Assembly: GCA_041749475.1 (NCBI GenBank)
Contig: JBGTBD010000034.1
Span: forward strand, 11,214 to 75,213
DNA: 64,000 nt
Origin: Rickettsiales bacterium
Lineage (GTDB): Bacteria > Pseudomonadota > Alphaproteobacteria > Rickettsiales > UBA998
Direction of reading: 5' to 3'
Shown one piece after another: positions 26,035-35,610 of the stretch; the stretch's first letter is position 1, and every line of letters starts with the position of its first letter. Below the pieces are notes generated by a model that was not told the origin of the DNA, did no database searches, and worked only from the letters and a program-made list of their open reading frames with translations. Position numbers and translations under genes: made by a program.

Positions 26035-26214
26035 GTGCTTGCCATCGGCGTGGGCGGCACGGTGCTGTTCCTGTTGTGCCTGATGTTCCTCACCCATACC
26101 AGCAAATCATTCCTGCTCGCCCGCTATCCCAACGTCCGCCCCGGCACGATACTGATGACCAGCATGGGCATCTCCGCGCTCATCACGCTTGTGTACTTCT
26201 ACCAATTATTCTAA
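26035..26214 (+). CDS. Possible 59-aa two-TM small membrane protein (GTG start)
   Basis: VLAIGVGGTVLFLLCLMFLTH...GTILMTSMGISALITLVYFYQLF. Third codon positions are GC-rich. It fills the gap between the GGDEF gene and tspO. It is below the ORF-track cutoff. Confidence 0.3.
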   Translation: MLAIGVGGTVLFLLCLMFLTHTSKSFLLARYPNVRPGTILMTSMGISALITLVYFYQLF

Positions 26215-26224
26215 CGTCGCCTGT

Positions 26225-26719
26225 ATGAAACAGTATCTGGCACAGCACTGGCGCACCTATCTCGGCTTCTTCGCCGCCATCCTCGTGGTGCAGGTCACCT
26301 CCTCACTTGTCACGTTCACCTCGGTCACCACCTGGTATCAGTCGCTGAACAAACCGGCATGGACACCGCCGGATTGGGTCTTCGGCCCGGTATGGACGAT
26401 ACTCTATATCATGATCGCCATCGCTGGCGCTCGGGCATGGAGCGCACTGGAAGGAACCTTCCGCCAGAAACTGAACCACCCCGCCATCTCCGCTTTCATC
26501 ATCCAGCTCTTCTATAATTGGCTATGGTCGCTACTGTTCTTCGGCCTGCGCAATCCGTTGCTGGGGCTGATCGATATCGTCATGCTGGTCGCCGCCCTCA
26601 GCGTCACCATCCTGCGCATGAAGAAACTGGACATCATCGCCACCCGCCTGCTGATCCCCTACCTGCTCTGGGTACTCTACGCCACCACCCTCAACGCAGG
26701 CATCTTCTTCATGAACTGA
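26225..26719 (+). CDS. tspO: Tryptophan-rich sensory protein TspO/MBR
   Basis: WYQSLNKPAWTPPDWVFGPVWTILYIMIAIAG...LFYNWLWSLLFF...LIPYLLWVLYATTLN, five TM helices. Confidence 0.9.
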   Translation: MKQYLAQHWRTYLGFFAAILVVQVTSSLVTFTSVTTWYQSLNKPAWTPPDWVFGPVWTILYIMIAIAGARAWSALEGTFRQKLNHPAISAFIIQLFYNWLWSLLFFGLRNPLLGLIDIVMLVAALSVTILRMKKLDIIATRLLIPYLLWVLYATTLNAGIFFMN

Positions 26720-26895
26720 TGGATTACCATCCATCACACCCATTTCCCCACCCGGTTTTGTTACAATTTTGTTAAATTGCCTGCGTTATTAATGAAAATT
26801 AACTAATACAGCAGTATACTGGGATTGTTACCTTTCCTCTGCATCCCCAAGCAAACCCGCTTATGGAGCAGAGCTAAACCAAGGGAAACTTGATC

Positions 26896-27228
26896 ATGAA
26901 TACCTCCAACGGTGCTCGTGGTTTTCTGGCTGCTCTCTTTGTCACTCTCGGTCTTTCCGCTTGTGGCACAACTGGCAACCTATCGAGTATCACGTCCACT
27001 TCCACCAACCCGGCCGATCTCGCTTACAGGCAGTTCGCGCTGGATGTGGAAATGGGCAAGATACAGCGGAAGAAGGATGGTGTTCTCTGGCTCTACGCGG
27101 ATTCCAATTACCAAGGAAAATTTTCTTGCAAAATGTGGGTTCCCGTCGAGACAAGCAGTCTGGTTGAGAATGGTAAGCGTACTGCGCTAGCCTTCACCGA
27201 GACCAGCGCCTGCGAACCCAACTCCTAG
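26896..27228 (+). CDS. Hypothetical lipoprotein
   Basis: Signal peptide with lipobox LGLSAC. I recognise no family. Confidence 0.6.
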   Translation: MNTSNGARGFLAALFVTLGLSACGTTGNLSSITSTSTNPADLAYRQFALDVEMGKIQRKKDGVLWLYADSNYQGKFSCKMWVPVETSSLVENGKRTALAFTETSACEPNS

Positions 27229-27236
27229 TCCGCCTC

Positions 27237-27284
27237 GCAAGGAGCACATAGATCCTCTCACAAGGTAATCTATGTGCCCCTTGC
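27237..27284 (+). terminator. 17-bp stem hairpin after the lipoprotein gene (no T-run)
   Basis: GCAAGGAGCACATAGAT (27237-27253) pairs with ATCTATGTGCCCCTTGC (27268-27284) at 16 of 17 positions. Confidence 0.45.
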
Positions 27285-27436
27285 ACCCTTCTCCTCTCAC
27301 CCATTTCCCATCGCCTCTCACATATCTCACCACCGCATCCACACCTCCCGCGATGGGTGCATTTCTGATTGCACCCCCACCGCAATTGCGTTACACCGGA
27401 AGACTATTCCACCCGCCGTCGATAGGTGATTCCGAC

Positions 27437-28570
27437 ATGAAAATTGCCGTACTCAAAGAATCCAGTTCTCTCGAACACCGCGTCGCCGCCACCCCCGATT
27501 CCGTGAAGAAACTCGTCGCCGCAGGCGCGTCCGTCACGGTCGTCAACGCCGCCGGGGAGAATGCCGGATTCCTTGATGACGCCTACGTCGCCGCCGGAGC
27601 CGAAATCGCCGAAAGCACCGACTACGCACTCGCCGGGGCGGACATCGCCATCTGCGTCAACGCTCCTGATAAAGACACACTGAAACAACTCCCCGCAGGC
27701 ATCTCCCTCATCGGCGCGCTGAACCCGCACGGGATGAAGACGGAACTCACCACCCTCGCCAAGCAGAAGGTCAACGCCTTCGCGCTCGAACTCCTGCCGC
27801 GCATCACCCGTGCGCAGTCGATGGATATCCTCTCCTCGCAAAGCAACCTCGCGGGCTACCGCGCCGTCATCGAAGCCTACGCCGAAACAGGCAAGGTCGT
27901 GCCGATGATGATGACCGCTGCGGGAACGATTCCCCCGGCGAAGGTGCTCGTCCTCGGCGCAGGCGTCGCAGGGCTCCAAGCCATCGCCACCGCCAAGCGT
28001 ATGGGCGCCGTCGTCTCCGCGTTCGACGTGCGTGCGGCCGTAAAAGAACAAGTCGAAAGTTTGGGCGCGAAATTCATCGAAGTCCCCCTCGCTGCGGGTG
28101 AATCCGGTGACTCCGGCGGCGGCTACGCGAAAGAGATGAGCGACGATTACAAAGCCCGCCAATCGCAGCTCATCGCCGATACGGTCAAGACGCAGGACGT
28201 CATCATCACCACCGCCCTCATTCCCGGAAAACCCGCCCCGATTCTCATTACCTCCGAGATGGTCATGAGCATGAAACCCGGCGCAATTATCGTCGATCTC
28301 GCCGCAGCATCCGGCGGTAATTGCCCACTGACCAAACCGGACAAAGTCATCGTCCATCACGGCGTCAAGCTGATGGGCTACACCAACATGCCCTCCCGTT
28401 GCGCGCAGGACGCTAGCGCCCTCTACGCCCGCAACCTCGTCACCTTTATCACCACATTGATGGTGAAGGACAAGACGCTGAACATCCAGTGGGACGACGA
28501 GCTGATCAAAGGCACGCTACTGACGCACGACGGACAGATTGTCCACCCCGGGTTCCAGGACACGAAATAG
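27437..28570 (+). CDS. pntA: NAD(P) transhydrogenase subunit alpha part 1 (PntAA)
   Basis: MKIAVLKESSSLEHRVAATPDSVKKL... and Rossmann LVLGAGVAGLQAIATAKRMGA. The upstream extension to 27272 translates a CT-rich leader and was rejected. Confidence 0.95.
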   Translation: MKIAVLKESSSLEHRVAATPDSVKKLVAAGASVTVVNAAGENAGFLDDAYVAAGAEIAESTDYALAGADIAICVNAPDKDTLKQLPAGISLIGALNPHGMKTELTTLAKQKVNAFALELLPRITRAQSMDILSSQSNLAGYRAVIEAYAETGKVVPMMMTAAGTIPPAKVLVLGAGVAGLQAIATAKRMGAVVSAFDVRAAVKEQVESLGAKFIEVPLAAGESGDSGGGYAKEMSDDYKARQSQLIADTVKTQDVIITTALIPGKPAPILITSEMVMSMKPGAIIVDLAAASGGNCPLTKPDKVIVHHGVKLMGYTNMPSRCAQDASALYARNLVTFITTLMVKDKTLNIQWDDELIKGTLLTHDGQIVHPGFQDTK

Positions 28571-28613
28571 AATAGACATGGCGCACAGAATGAGATGACA
28601 TAATGCAGAATTT

Positions 28614-28716
28614 TTCCTCCCCCTTGAGGGGGGAGGCCAGGTGGGGGTGATGGTGCAGCAATACACCGGATAGCAAGGTCACCCTCTCCTAACCCCTCCC
28701 CTCAAGGGAGGGGAAT
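28614..28716. repeat. Palindromic MITE/REP-like element, family A (CCTCCCCCTTGAGGGGGGAGG ... CCCCTCCCCTCAAGGGAGGGG)
   Basis: The termini are near-identical to the copy at 36805-36906 and the centre has diverged. Each terminus is a hairpin and the two ends are mutually complementary. It lies in the pntAA-pntAB spacer. Confidence 0.8.
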
Positions 28717-28750
28717 TACACGGCAAGTAATAAAGAGCAGGAACGAAATT

Positions 28751-29155
28751 ATGGCGAACATCGACACCCTATCGGACGACACGCAAAAGATCGCGGAACA
28801 GGCAGAAGCGCTTAACCAGAAACTCCAGATGCTGGAAGCGCAGATGAATCAGGCGCACGTGGTCGATCCCTTCGTCTTCGCACTGACCGTCTTCATCCTC
28901 GCCTGCTTCGTCGGCTATTATGTCGTCTGGAAAGTCACCCCCGCATTGCATACCCCGCTGATGAGCGTCACCAACGCCATCTCCGGCATCATCATCGTCG
29001 GCGCGATCATCGCCGTCGGGCCTGAGTCCAGCGACGGCTTCTCCCGCGTGCTCGGCTTTTTGGCCGTCGTTATCGCCTCGGTCAATATCTTCGGCGGATT
29101 CACCGTCTCCCAGCGCATGCTTGAGATGTACAAGAAAAAAGACAAAGGGAAATAA
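28751..29155 (+). CDS. pntA: NAD(P) transhydrogenase subunit alpha part 2 (PntAB)
   Basis: [45 protein letters not shown]. It has a ~40-aa coiled-coil N-terminal extension. Confidence 0.9.
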   Translation: MANIDTLSDDTQKIAEQAEALNQKLQMLEAQMNQAHVVDPFVFALTVFILACFVGYYVVWKVTPALHTPLMSVTNAISGIIIVGAIIAVGPESSDGFSRVLGFLAVVIASVNIFGGFTVSQRMLEMYKKKDKGK

Positions 29156-29158
29156 ACC

Positions 29159-30553
29159 ATGTCAGGCTTACCCGCATATCTCTACCTCATCGCCTCCGTC
29201 CTCTTCATCCTCGCGTTGAAAGGTCTGTCATCCCCTGAATCCGCGCGGCGCGGCAACTGGCTCGGCATTGCCGGGATGGTCATCGCCGTCGTCACCACCC
29301 TCTTCCACCCTGCGGTCAACACCTATACATGGATTCTCGTCGCCATTGCCATCGGCGGCGGTATCGGCTGGTACATCGCCCGCAATATCGCGATGACGGC
29401 CATGCCCCAACTCGTCGCCGCCTTCCACTCGCTGGTTGGTCTGGCAGCGGTCTTCATCGCTACGGCGGCCCTCTGGTCACCCAGCAATTACGGCATCGGC
29501 GTCCCCGGCGATATCGCTTTCGGGTCCCTGTTGGAACTCTCGCTCGGCTCCGTCATCGGCGCGATCACCTTCTCCGGCTCCGTCATCGCCTTCGCCAAGC
29601 TGCAAGGGCTGATGTCCGGCAAACCCATCCGCTTCGCCAACCAGCATAAGCTGAACGCCGCCATCGGCCTCGGCATCATACTCCTGTTACTTGCCTTCTG
29701 CGGCGGGGAATCGAAATCGGTCTTCATCCTGATGACGCTCTTGGCATTCACCATCGGCTTCCTGCTCATCATCCCCATCGGCGGGGCGGATATGCCCGTC
29801 GTCGTCTCCATGCTCAATTCCTATTCCGGCTGGGCTGCAGCGGGTATCGGCTTCACGCTGGGTAACACGCTCCTCATCATCACCGGCGCACTCGTCGGCG
29901 CATCGGGGGCCATCCTTAGCTACATCATGTGCAAGGCGATGAATCGCTCCATCATCAACGTCATCTTCGGCGGGTTCGGTTCCGAAACCGCTGCCGCCGG
30001 TGGCGCATCCGGCGCGGATGACCGCCCGGTGAAATCCGGCAGCCCGGAGGACGCGGCGTTCCTGTTGCAGAACGCCTCCTCCGTCATCATCGTCCCCGGC
30101 TACGGCATGGCCGTCGCCCAAGCTCAGCACACGGTGCGTGAACTTGCCGACACCTTGGAAGCCGCAGGCGTCAAAGTCCGCTACGCCATCCACCCCGTCG
30201 CCGGACGTATGCCCGGCCACATGAACGTCCTCTTGGCGGAAGCGAACGTGCCATACGATTCCGTCTTCGAACTGGAAGAGATCAACAACGAATTCTCCAC
30301 CACCGACGTCGCCTACGTCATCGGCGCCAACGACGTCACCAACCCCGCCGCCAAGAACAATCCCGCCAGCCCCATCTACGGCATGCCCGTCCTCGACGTC
30401 GATAACGCACGCACCTGCATCTTCGTCAAGCGCTCCATGAACGCCGGATACGCGGGAATCGAGAACGAATTGTTCTATAAGGACAATACCATGATGCTCT
30501 TCGGCGATGCCCGGAAAGTAACCGAAGAACTGGTGAAGGCGCTAAAACATTGA
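29159..30553 (+). CDS. pntB: NAD(P) transhydrogenase subunit beta (PntB)
   Basis: Full-length PntB pattern, including [26 protein letters not shown] and [10 protein letters not shown]. Confidence 0.96.
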   Translation: MSGLPAYLYLIASVLFILALKGLSSPESARRGNWLGIAGMVIAVVTTLFHPAVNTYTWILVAIAIGGGIGWYIARNIAMTAMPQLVAAFHSLVGLAAVFIATAALWSPSNYGIGVPGDIAFGSLLELSLGSVIGAITFSGSVIAFAKLQGLMSGKPIRFANQHKLNAAIGLGIILLLLAFCGGESKSVFILMTLLAFTIGFLLIIPIGGADMPVVVSMLNSYSGWAAAGIGFTLGNTLLIITGALVGASGAILSYIMCKAMNRSIINVIFGGFGSETAAAGGASGADDRPVKSGSPEDAAFLLQNASSVIIVPGYGMAVAQAQHTVRELADTLEAAGVKVRYAIHPVAGRMPGHMNVLLAEANVPYDSVFELEEINNEFSTTDVAYVIGANDVTNPAAKNNPASPIYGMPVLDVDNARTCIFVKRSMNAGYAGIENELFYKDNTMMLFGDARKVTEELVKALKH

Positions 30554-30658
30554 TAAATAACGATTGACTAAAGCGGCAACACAGGTGAGATTTCCTCATC
30601 TTCATTAAACTGTCATTCAAAGATAGTACCATTCTGTAGTTTAAGCAGGAATGGACAC

Positions 30659-32278
30659 GTGACAGAGACCCCCAAACCACCGGGCAAAAAACTCAGCGCT
30701 TTAGCTTTGCGTAGAGAATTTTCTCCTTTGCACAACGGGGATAGTCGGCTAGGCCTCGCCCGCTATTTTTCAGATATACCTGATGCACAGACGCTCCCCC
30801 GCCGCACCTTGCAGATGTTGACGACCGCAGCCGGGGCACGGTTCGGCATGTTCATCCCCGATGAAGGCGCGCCGATGCAGTATGGCTCCGCTATCTCCGC
30901 GAAAGATGATCACCTAGCCAAACCCATCATAGAGCAACTATCCCACACCGCCCCAACCGGAAATGGATTACAGGAGTTCACCTATCAGAAGCCGGATGAA
31001 AAACCCGAAACCCTCTTCGCCTACGGTGTACGCGTGTCATCCACGGACACGATCAACGGCGAAGCCCATACAAAAAACGGCACCTTATGGTTTCTCAAAC
31101 CCAACACTCCGGCCGAATACCGAAAAAATCCCTCCCGCGAGAACATCACCCCCGCCAACCTGTTTGCAGGGCCGTTCAACCCTGCGCATCTCAACGTCCT
31201 CGATTATTATCTCCATCCTCAGGACTTCATCACAAACCACAATATGAGGGTAGATGGCCCGGTATTGGATGTCGCCAAACCATTACTCTTCCCAAGAACG
31301 GCAGAACAGCAGATTCACTCGGACAGTCGTGAAGTGGAAAGCATGAACTTCCTGAAAGGGTTGCGCGCTTGCGTACATAAAGCTCTGGGCACGGATGAGG
31401 AGGGCATTCACCCCGAAACGCAGCATCATCAAATGCAGGTAACCCGGTTCATGCAGGATTTCATGGAGGCCATTCGCTCCCTGAAGTTCGCCAACGAATT
31501 CCCGGAAAATGCCGAATTACGCAAATTATTGCCGAAAGAGGCTTTCAGTAAACATTTTCAGGAACGTTTGGAAATGGCGAGCGACCTCCACGATATGGGT
31601 AAAATATATGTCCCACTGGAGGTGTTGGCGTATTCCGGCGATTATCCACCATTACTACGTAGGACCATGAACGCCCACCCCATCATCAGCACACGCCTTC
31701 TCGCGCCTATCGACCCGTTATGCACCCTTCTCAGCGGCACGCATCATATGTTTTCGGAGGCGATGACAATGAGTGAAACAAAAGCGAGAGTAGTACAAGA
31801 GAGAAGACGGCATGAGGAATTGGTCAAAGAAGGAAAGAAACCGCCACGTCCCAAACTCATTCCATACCCTTTTTATATGAAAGCTGACCAGTTCGAGTTA
31901 CCCCCCATCGCCAAAATGATGTCCATCTGCGACAAAGCCGACGCGCTATGGACCTGCCGTGCCTACCAGACAGGAACCCCAGGGGGGCGCGACAAGACGC
32001 CTCCCGAGCGAGTGGCTCATATTCTGGTGCTCTGCGCTATGGATGGCGAGATCGACGCAGGGTTGACCAAGCTCTTCCTGCAAGCCCGCAAGCATATCAA
32101 ATACAATGATTTTGCTACTCCCGTGGAACAAAATATCGATAGTAACATTGCAGCTATTCTGGATCCCGAGAAGGCAGATGAAAAAGATCAGGCATTATAT
32201 CGGCGCTTCAATGAAAAGGCAGACGCCCAATTGGAAGTGATGAAAGAGAGTCTACGCGCCTCTGGCCGTAAGCGCTAA
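30659..32278 (+). CDS. HD-domain protein (HD-GYP-like, motif-degenerate) with unknown N-terminal region
   Basis: ASDLHDMGKIYVPLEVLAYSGDYPPLLRRTMNAHPIISTRLL...SGTHHMF follows the HD...K...H...HH order of HD/HD-GYP phosphohydrolases but lacks GYP. The start is GTG. GC is lower than in the flanks. Confidence 0.5.
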   Translation: MTETPKPPGKKLSALALRREFSPLHNGDSRLGLARYFSDIPDAQTLPRRTLQMLTTAAGARFGMFIPDEGAPMQYGSAISAKDDHLAKPIIEQLSHTAPTGNGLQEFTYQKPDEKPETLFAYGVRVSSTDTINGEAHTKNGTLWFLKPNTPAEYRKNPSRENITPANLFAGPFNPAHLNVLDYYLHPQDFITNHNMRVDGPVLDVAKPLLFPRTAEQQIHSDSREVESMNFLKGLRACVHKALGTDEEGIHPETQHHQMQVTRFMQDFMEAIRSLKFANEFPENAELRKLLPKEAFSKHFQERLEMASDLHDMGKIYVPLEVLAYSGDYPPLLRRTMNAHPIISTRLLAPIDPLCTLLSGTHHMFSEAMTMSETKARVVQERRRHEELVKEGKKPPRPKLIPYPFYMKADQFELPPIAKMMSICDKADALWTCRAYQTGTPGGRDKTPPERVAHILVLCAMDGEIDAGLTKLFLQARKHIKYNDFATPVEQNIDSNIAAILDPEKADEKDQALYRRFNEKADAQLEVMKESLRASGRKR

Positions 32279-32406
32279 AACGTGGCATTACACACTTGCG
32301 AGCAATCTCCGCACCCCATCACCAACCAGTCATTTGGATAGCAATGATAGGTGACTTCCATTAAAATAATGCCGCATCGACGCTCATTTCAAGATATGCT
32401 GAATGG

Positions 32407-33231
32407 GTGATTGCTGAACCACATCGTCACCCTCTCCTGCGCCCTACAGAGCAAGGTTTCACCCTCGTCGAACTCTCCTTCGTCCTCGTCATCATCGGGT
32501 TACTGGTCGGCGGGATTCTGGTGGGGATGGACATGATACGCGGCGCGACCATCCGCGCACAGATAAACCAGCTACATCAGTATAGCGCCGTGCTGAACGT
32601 CTTCCGGCAGAAATACGGCAGCGTCCCCGGCGATATATCACCCCGTAAAGCAGCCCGCTTCGGACTGCCCACCCGCAGCGGAACACCCGGACGGGGAGAC
32701 GGTAACCGCCTGCTTTCCGGCGGCGGCGCGATCGGCGTCTGCTACGAGACCGGACTCATCTGGCGCGACCTCAACCAGCTCGGCCTGATCGACGGGTCGT
32801 TCGTACTGGCGGAGGATGACGTCATCACCGCCAACACGCCACCAGAGGTAAAGCAATATCTCCCCGAAGCGATCATCGGCAGCGGGAACGTCATCACCAT
32901 GTGCGGCACGCTGAGCAGCAACTATTTCCAGATCGCCAACATCACTCGCATCGGTGGCTGCGGTGTGGAGATGACGCCCTCCATTCCCGTGCAGGACGCA
33001 TGGAACCTCGACCGCAAGATGGATAACGGGATGCCGCTGACAGGCCGGGTGCGCGCCCGCGTCACCGCCACCCCCGGCATCTCCACCGCCAACCTGAATG
33101 CCGAACCCATCGGCGCAGTCACTAATGCCTGTACGGACGGCAATACCGACACGCCTGACCGACAGTACAACATTTCCACCGAAGCGTTAGCCAACACCCC
33201 CGCCTGCAGCCTCCGCCTCCGTCCCTATTGA
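32407..33231 (+). CDS. Type IV pilin / pseudopilin-like protein (prepilin-type N-terminal methylation domain)
   Basis: The leader ends ...PTEQG, followed by FTLVELSFVLVIIGLLVGGILVG (class III signal, Glu5). The C-terminal globular part has Cys residues. The start is GTG. Confidence 0.75.
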   Translation: MIAEPHRHPLLRPTEQGFTLVELSFVLVIIGLLVGGILVGMDMIRGATIRAQINQLHQYSAVLNVFRQKYGSVPGDISPRKAARFGLPTRSGTPGRGDGNRLLSGGGAIGVCYETGLIWRDLNQLGLIDGSFVLAEDDVITANTPPEVKQYLPEAIIGSGNVITMCGTLSSNYFQIANITRIGGCGVEMTPSIPVQDAWNLDRKMDNGMPLTGRVRARVTATPGISTANLNAEPIGAVTNACTDGNTDTPDRQYNISTEALANTPACSLRLRPY

Positions 33232-33245
33232 GCATAAAAAAGGCA

Positions 33246-33272
33246 ATAAAAAAGGCGACCTTCTGGCCGCCT
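33246..33272 (-). terminator. Rho-independent terminator of rpsU (bidirectional hairpin)
   Basis: GGCGACC-TTCT-GGCCGCC hairpin. On the minus strand it is followed by TTTTTTAT. Confidence 0.65.
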
Positions 33273-33296
33273 CCTTCATTCGCTGCTTCAATGGAA

Positions 33297-33497
33297 TTAA
33301 TCCATCATATCACGTTTACGTTGCAGCTTCCGCCAGCGACGCTGAGATTCCGCGCCTTCACGTACACGACGTTCGGAGGGCTTCTCGTAATGACGACGCA
33401 TCTTCATTTCACGGAACACGCCTTCACGCTGCATTTTCTTCTTCAGCGCACGCAGTGCCTGCTCAATGTTGTTATCACGTACATTTACTTCTACCAC
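33297..33497 (-). CDS. rpsU: 30S ribosomal protein S21
   Basis: [44 protein letters not shown]... Confidence 0.95.
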   Translation of the reverse strand: MVEVNVRDNNIEQALRALKKKMQREGVFREMKMRRHYEKPSERRVREGAESQRRWRKLQRKRDMMD

Positions 33498-33710
33498 GCG
33501 AAATTACCTCCTTCCAAATTCAAAGACGGTTGATATAAAACAAATCTACAGCCCACGCAACCGCCAAGTGCGACAATCGCCCTTTCGGGCAGCGAATTGC
33601 GCTTGAGAATGCGGTCTTCATCGGCTAGTTTCTGAGCATGAATTCCGGCCTAGACCGGACATGTAAGAATAACCCATTGAAATAAACAAATCATTAAAGG
33701 AAGAATCCTC

Positions 33711-33989
33711 ATGGCAAAGCTCCAGTCCGGCAACATCACCGCAGAACATCTCCGCAGCTATATCGACCGTCTGGAGCGGCTGGAAGAGGAGAAAAAGGGC
33801 ATCGCGGACGATATTAAGGACGTCTTCGCCGAAGCCAAATCCAATGGGTTTGACACCAAAACCATGAAAACCATCATGAAACTCCGTAAAATGGACGCCA
33901 ACGAGCGCGACGAACAGGAATACATGCTGGACGTCTATAAACGCGCGATGGGCATGCTCCCGGAGCTGGACGACGCCGAAGCGGCTTAA
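33711..33989 (+). CDS. gapR: GapR (DUF2312) nucleoid-associated protein
   Basis: LRSYIDRLERLEEEKKGIADDIKDVFAEAKSNGFDTKTMKTIMKLRKMD is closely similar to Caulobacter GapR. Confidence 0.85.
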   Translation: MAKLQSGNITAEHLRSYIDRLERLEEEKKGIADDIKDVFAEAKSNGFDTKTMKTIMKLRKMDANERDEQEYMLDVYKRAMGMLPELDDAEAA

Positions 33990-34075
33990 TTCCAGCAGCA
34001 ATCAAACCTTAACCCAACCTTAACACGCAGGTTCCCCAAAATTTGCTAGTTTCCCTGCACCACAAGGGGAGAGCT

Positions 34076-34834
34076 ATGGATTTCAGCGAAGAATTACGCC
34101 GATATCGTTTAAAGACCGAGCATTCTTACACGGATGAGGTCGGCGGTACGGTTACGCAATCGATGGACTTGAAGGAGGCTGCCGCATTTTTGGAGCAAAA
34201 TCCTGAACATTTCCAGCAGATAATTTTTAATGATAACACGGTCACCAGCATTAGCCTCACCCCGGAATATCGAGTCTCCAAAGTGGCAAATACCCCACTT
34301 CCTGCTGGCGCAGAAAAATACGACATCCTTACCGCATATCATAAAGAAATGGACAACGTCGATGGGGACAAGCCCTATAATGCTGTCATCGCGCGTGGCA
34401 GTTTCAGTCACCCAACAGGCAGCGATATGGCGTTCCGTTCGCTGGATCTGCAAGGCTACAGTATCGATCCTTCACTGCAGGTCACCGTTACTGCGCCTCA
34501 AGATTTTCGCATCACCAGCCGCGAGGGAGGATACGGACTCAACCATACATCCCACATCGCAATGACACCAAACACACTGCCTGCAGAAGGTCTAAGTATC
34601 TATCCCTTATCTATTGATTCCCCTGTCAAGGCTGCTATCGAGTTTATCCTGCCGCAAGACGGGACGCCTCCCACTGTATTGATGGGTGGGAGTCCTGTAG
34701 ACTTTTCCACTGCCGCCGCCTGTGCCAAGTGGGTCACTCAAGATGTGAAGATTGACGATGTCACCGAGCTTCCTTCCGGCTCAGTTTCCTGCCCATGGAT
34801 AGCCACACCGCTTACCACCCAACATCTGAAATAG
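34076..34834 (+). CDS. Hypothetical protein (ORFan, lower GC)
   Basis: GGGGAG RBS before the ATG at 34076. No signal peptide and no recognisable motif. Confidence 0.5.
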   Translation: MDFSEELRRYRLKTEHSYTDEVGGTVTQSMDLKEAAAFLEQNPEHFQQIIFNDNTVTSISLTPEYRVSKVANTPLPAGAEKYDILTAYHKEMDNVDGDKPYNAVIARGSFSHPTGSDMAFRSLDLQGYSIDPSLQVTVTAPQDFRITSREGGYGLNHTSHIAMTPNTLPAEGLSIYPLSIDSPVKAAIEFILPQDGTPPTVLMGGSPVDFSTAAACAKWVTQDVKIDDVTELPSGSVSCPWIATPLTTQHLK

Positions 34835-34845
34835 GTTCTCTTCCC

Positions 34846-35517
34846 ATGAATTCAAATATGGCGCCAGTTAACAACGAACCACGGAGCGAAGTACGCCAAC
34901 CAGATCGTTTCTTCCTTGTATCGTTAAGCCACCCTTCTCAAAACAGGCCTCTTACTCCTCGGGAGATGCTTGTGCTCCGCCGCATCTGCTTGCAAGATAA
35001 AGATATAGGATACGATTTACATAATGACCCCGTGTGGGATGAGGAGATTGCGCACGCCAAAAATGCAATTCCGGCATCTTCCAAGGTGGAGGATTGTTTT
35101 GATTACGCACTGAGCGAACAAGTGGATTCTCTTCGTCGGATGCGCGCCAAAGAGATAGCGGATGCAACACAGCTTACCACAGGTTCCAGTCCAGAAGAAA
35201 AAAGATTCAGCGCTGAAAATGGTCGCAAAAATGGGCGTCACAGAGGTGTTACAATCGGTCGGATGGATGACGGACGACCGATTTATAAGGTTGCACAACC
35301 GGAAGCACCTGCACCTCAATACACATTTCCTCCTGACACTTGTATGTTCCATTTTAACGGGTTGAATCAGAAAGAATCAGGAGAGATTCGTGCCCAATTG
35401 GAAGGCATACCGGGAATCTATAACATCCAACACGTGCCATCCAGAAGAACATCCGATGAAATTTTGGAAAGATTGGGTGTGAAATTACCACAACGCGGTG
35501 GCGATATACACCGCTAA
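34846..35517 (+). CDS. Hypothetical protein (ORFan, lower GC)
   Basis: The start at 34846 is 12 nt after the upstream stop. No recognisable motif. Confidence 0.5.
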   Translation: MNSNMAPVNNEPRSEVRQPDRFFLVSLSHPSQNRPLTPREMLVLRRICLQDKDIGYDLHNDPVWDEEIAHAKNAIPASSKVEDCFDYALSEQVDSLRRMRAKEIADATQLTTGSSPEEKRFSAENGRKNGRHRGVTIGRMDDGRPIYKVAQPEAPAPQYTFPPDTCMFHFNGLNQKESGEIRAQLEGIPGIYNIQHVPSRRTSDEILERLGVKLPQRGGDIHR

Positions 35518-35610
35518 CATGCTGCACCGCAGCACGTAAAATACTGGACTTCATTACTCAGCTTTTGTTATGACTCACGCGCACGAGGAACCCCAGCGCG
35601 GAGAGACATC

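Noticed and set aside
27272-27436. 55-codon N-terminal extension of pntAA (MCPLHPSPLTHFPSPLTY...)
   Set aside because: It is the translation of the CT-rich leader tract. PntAA homologs start at MKIAVLKE (27437).
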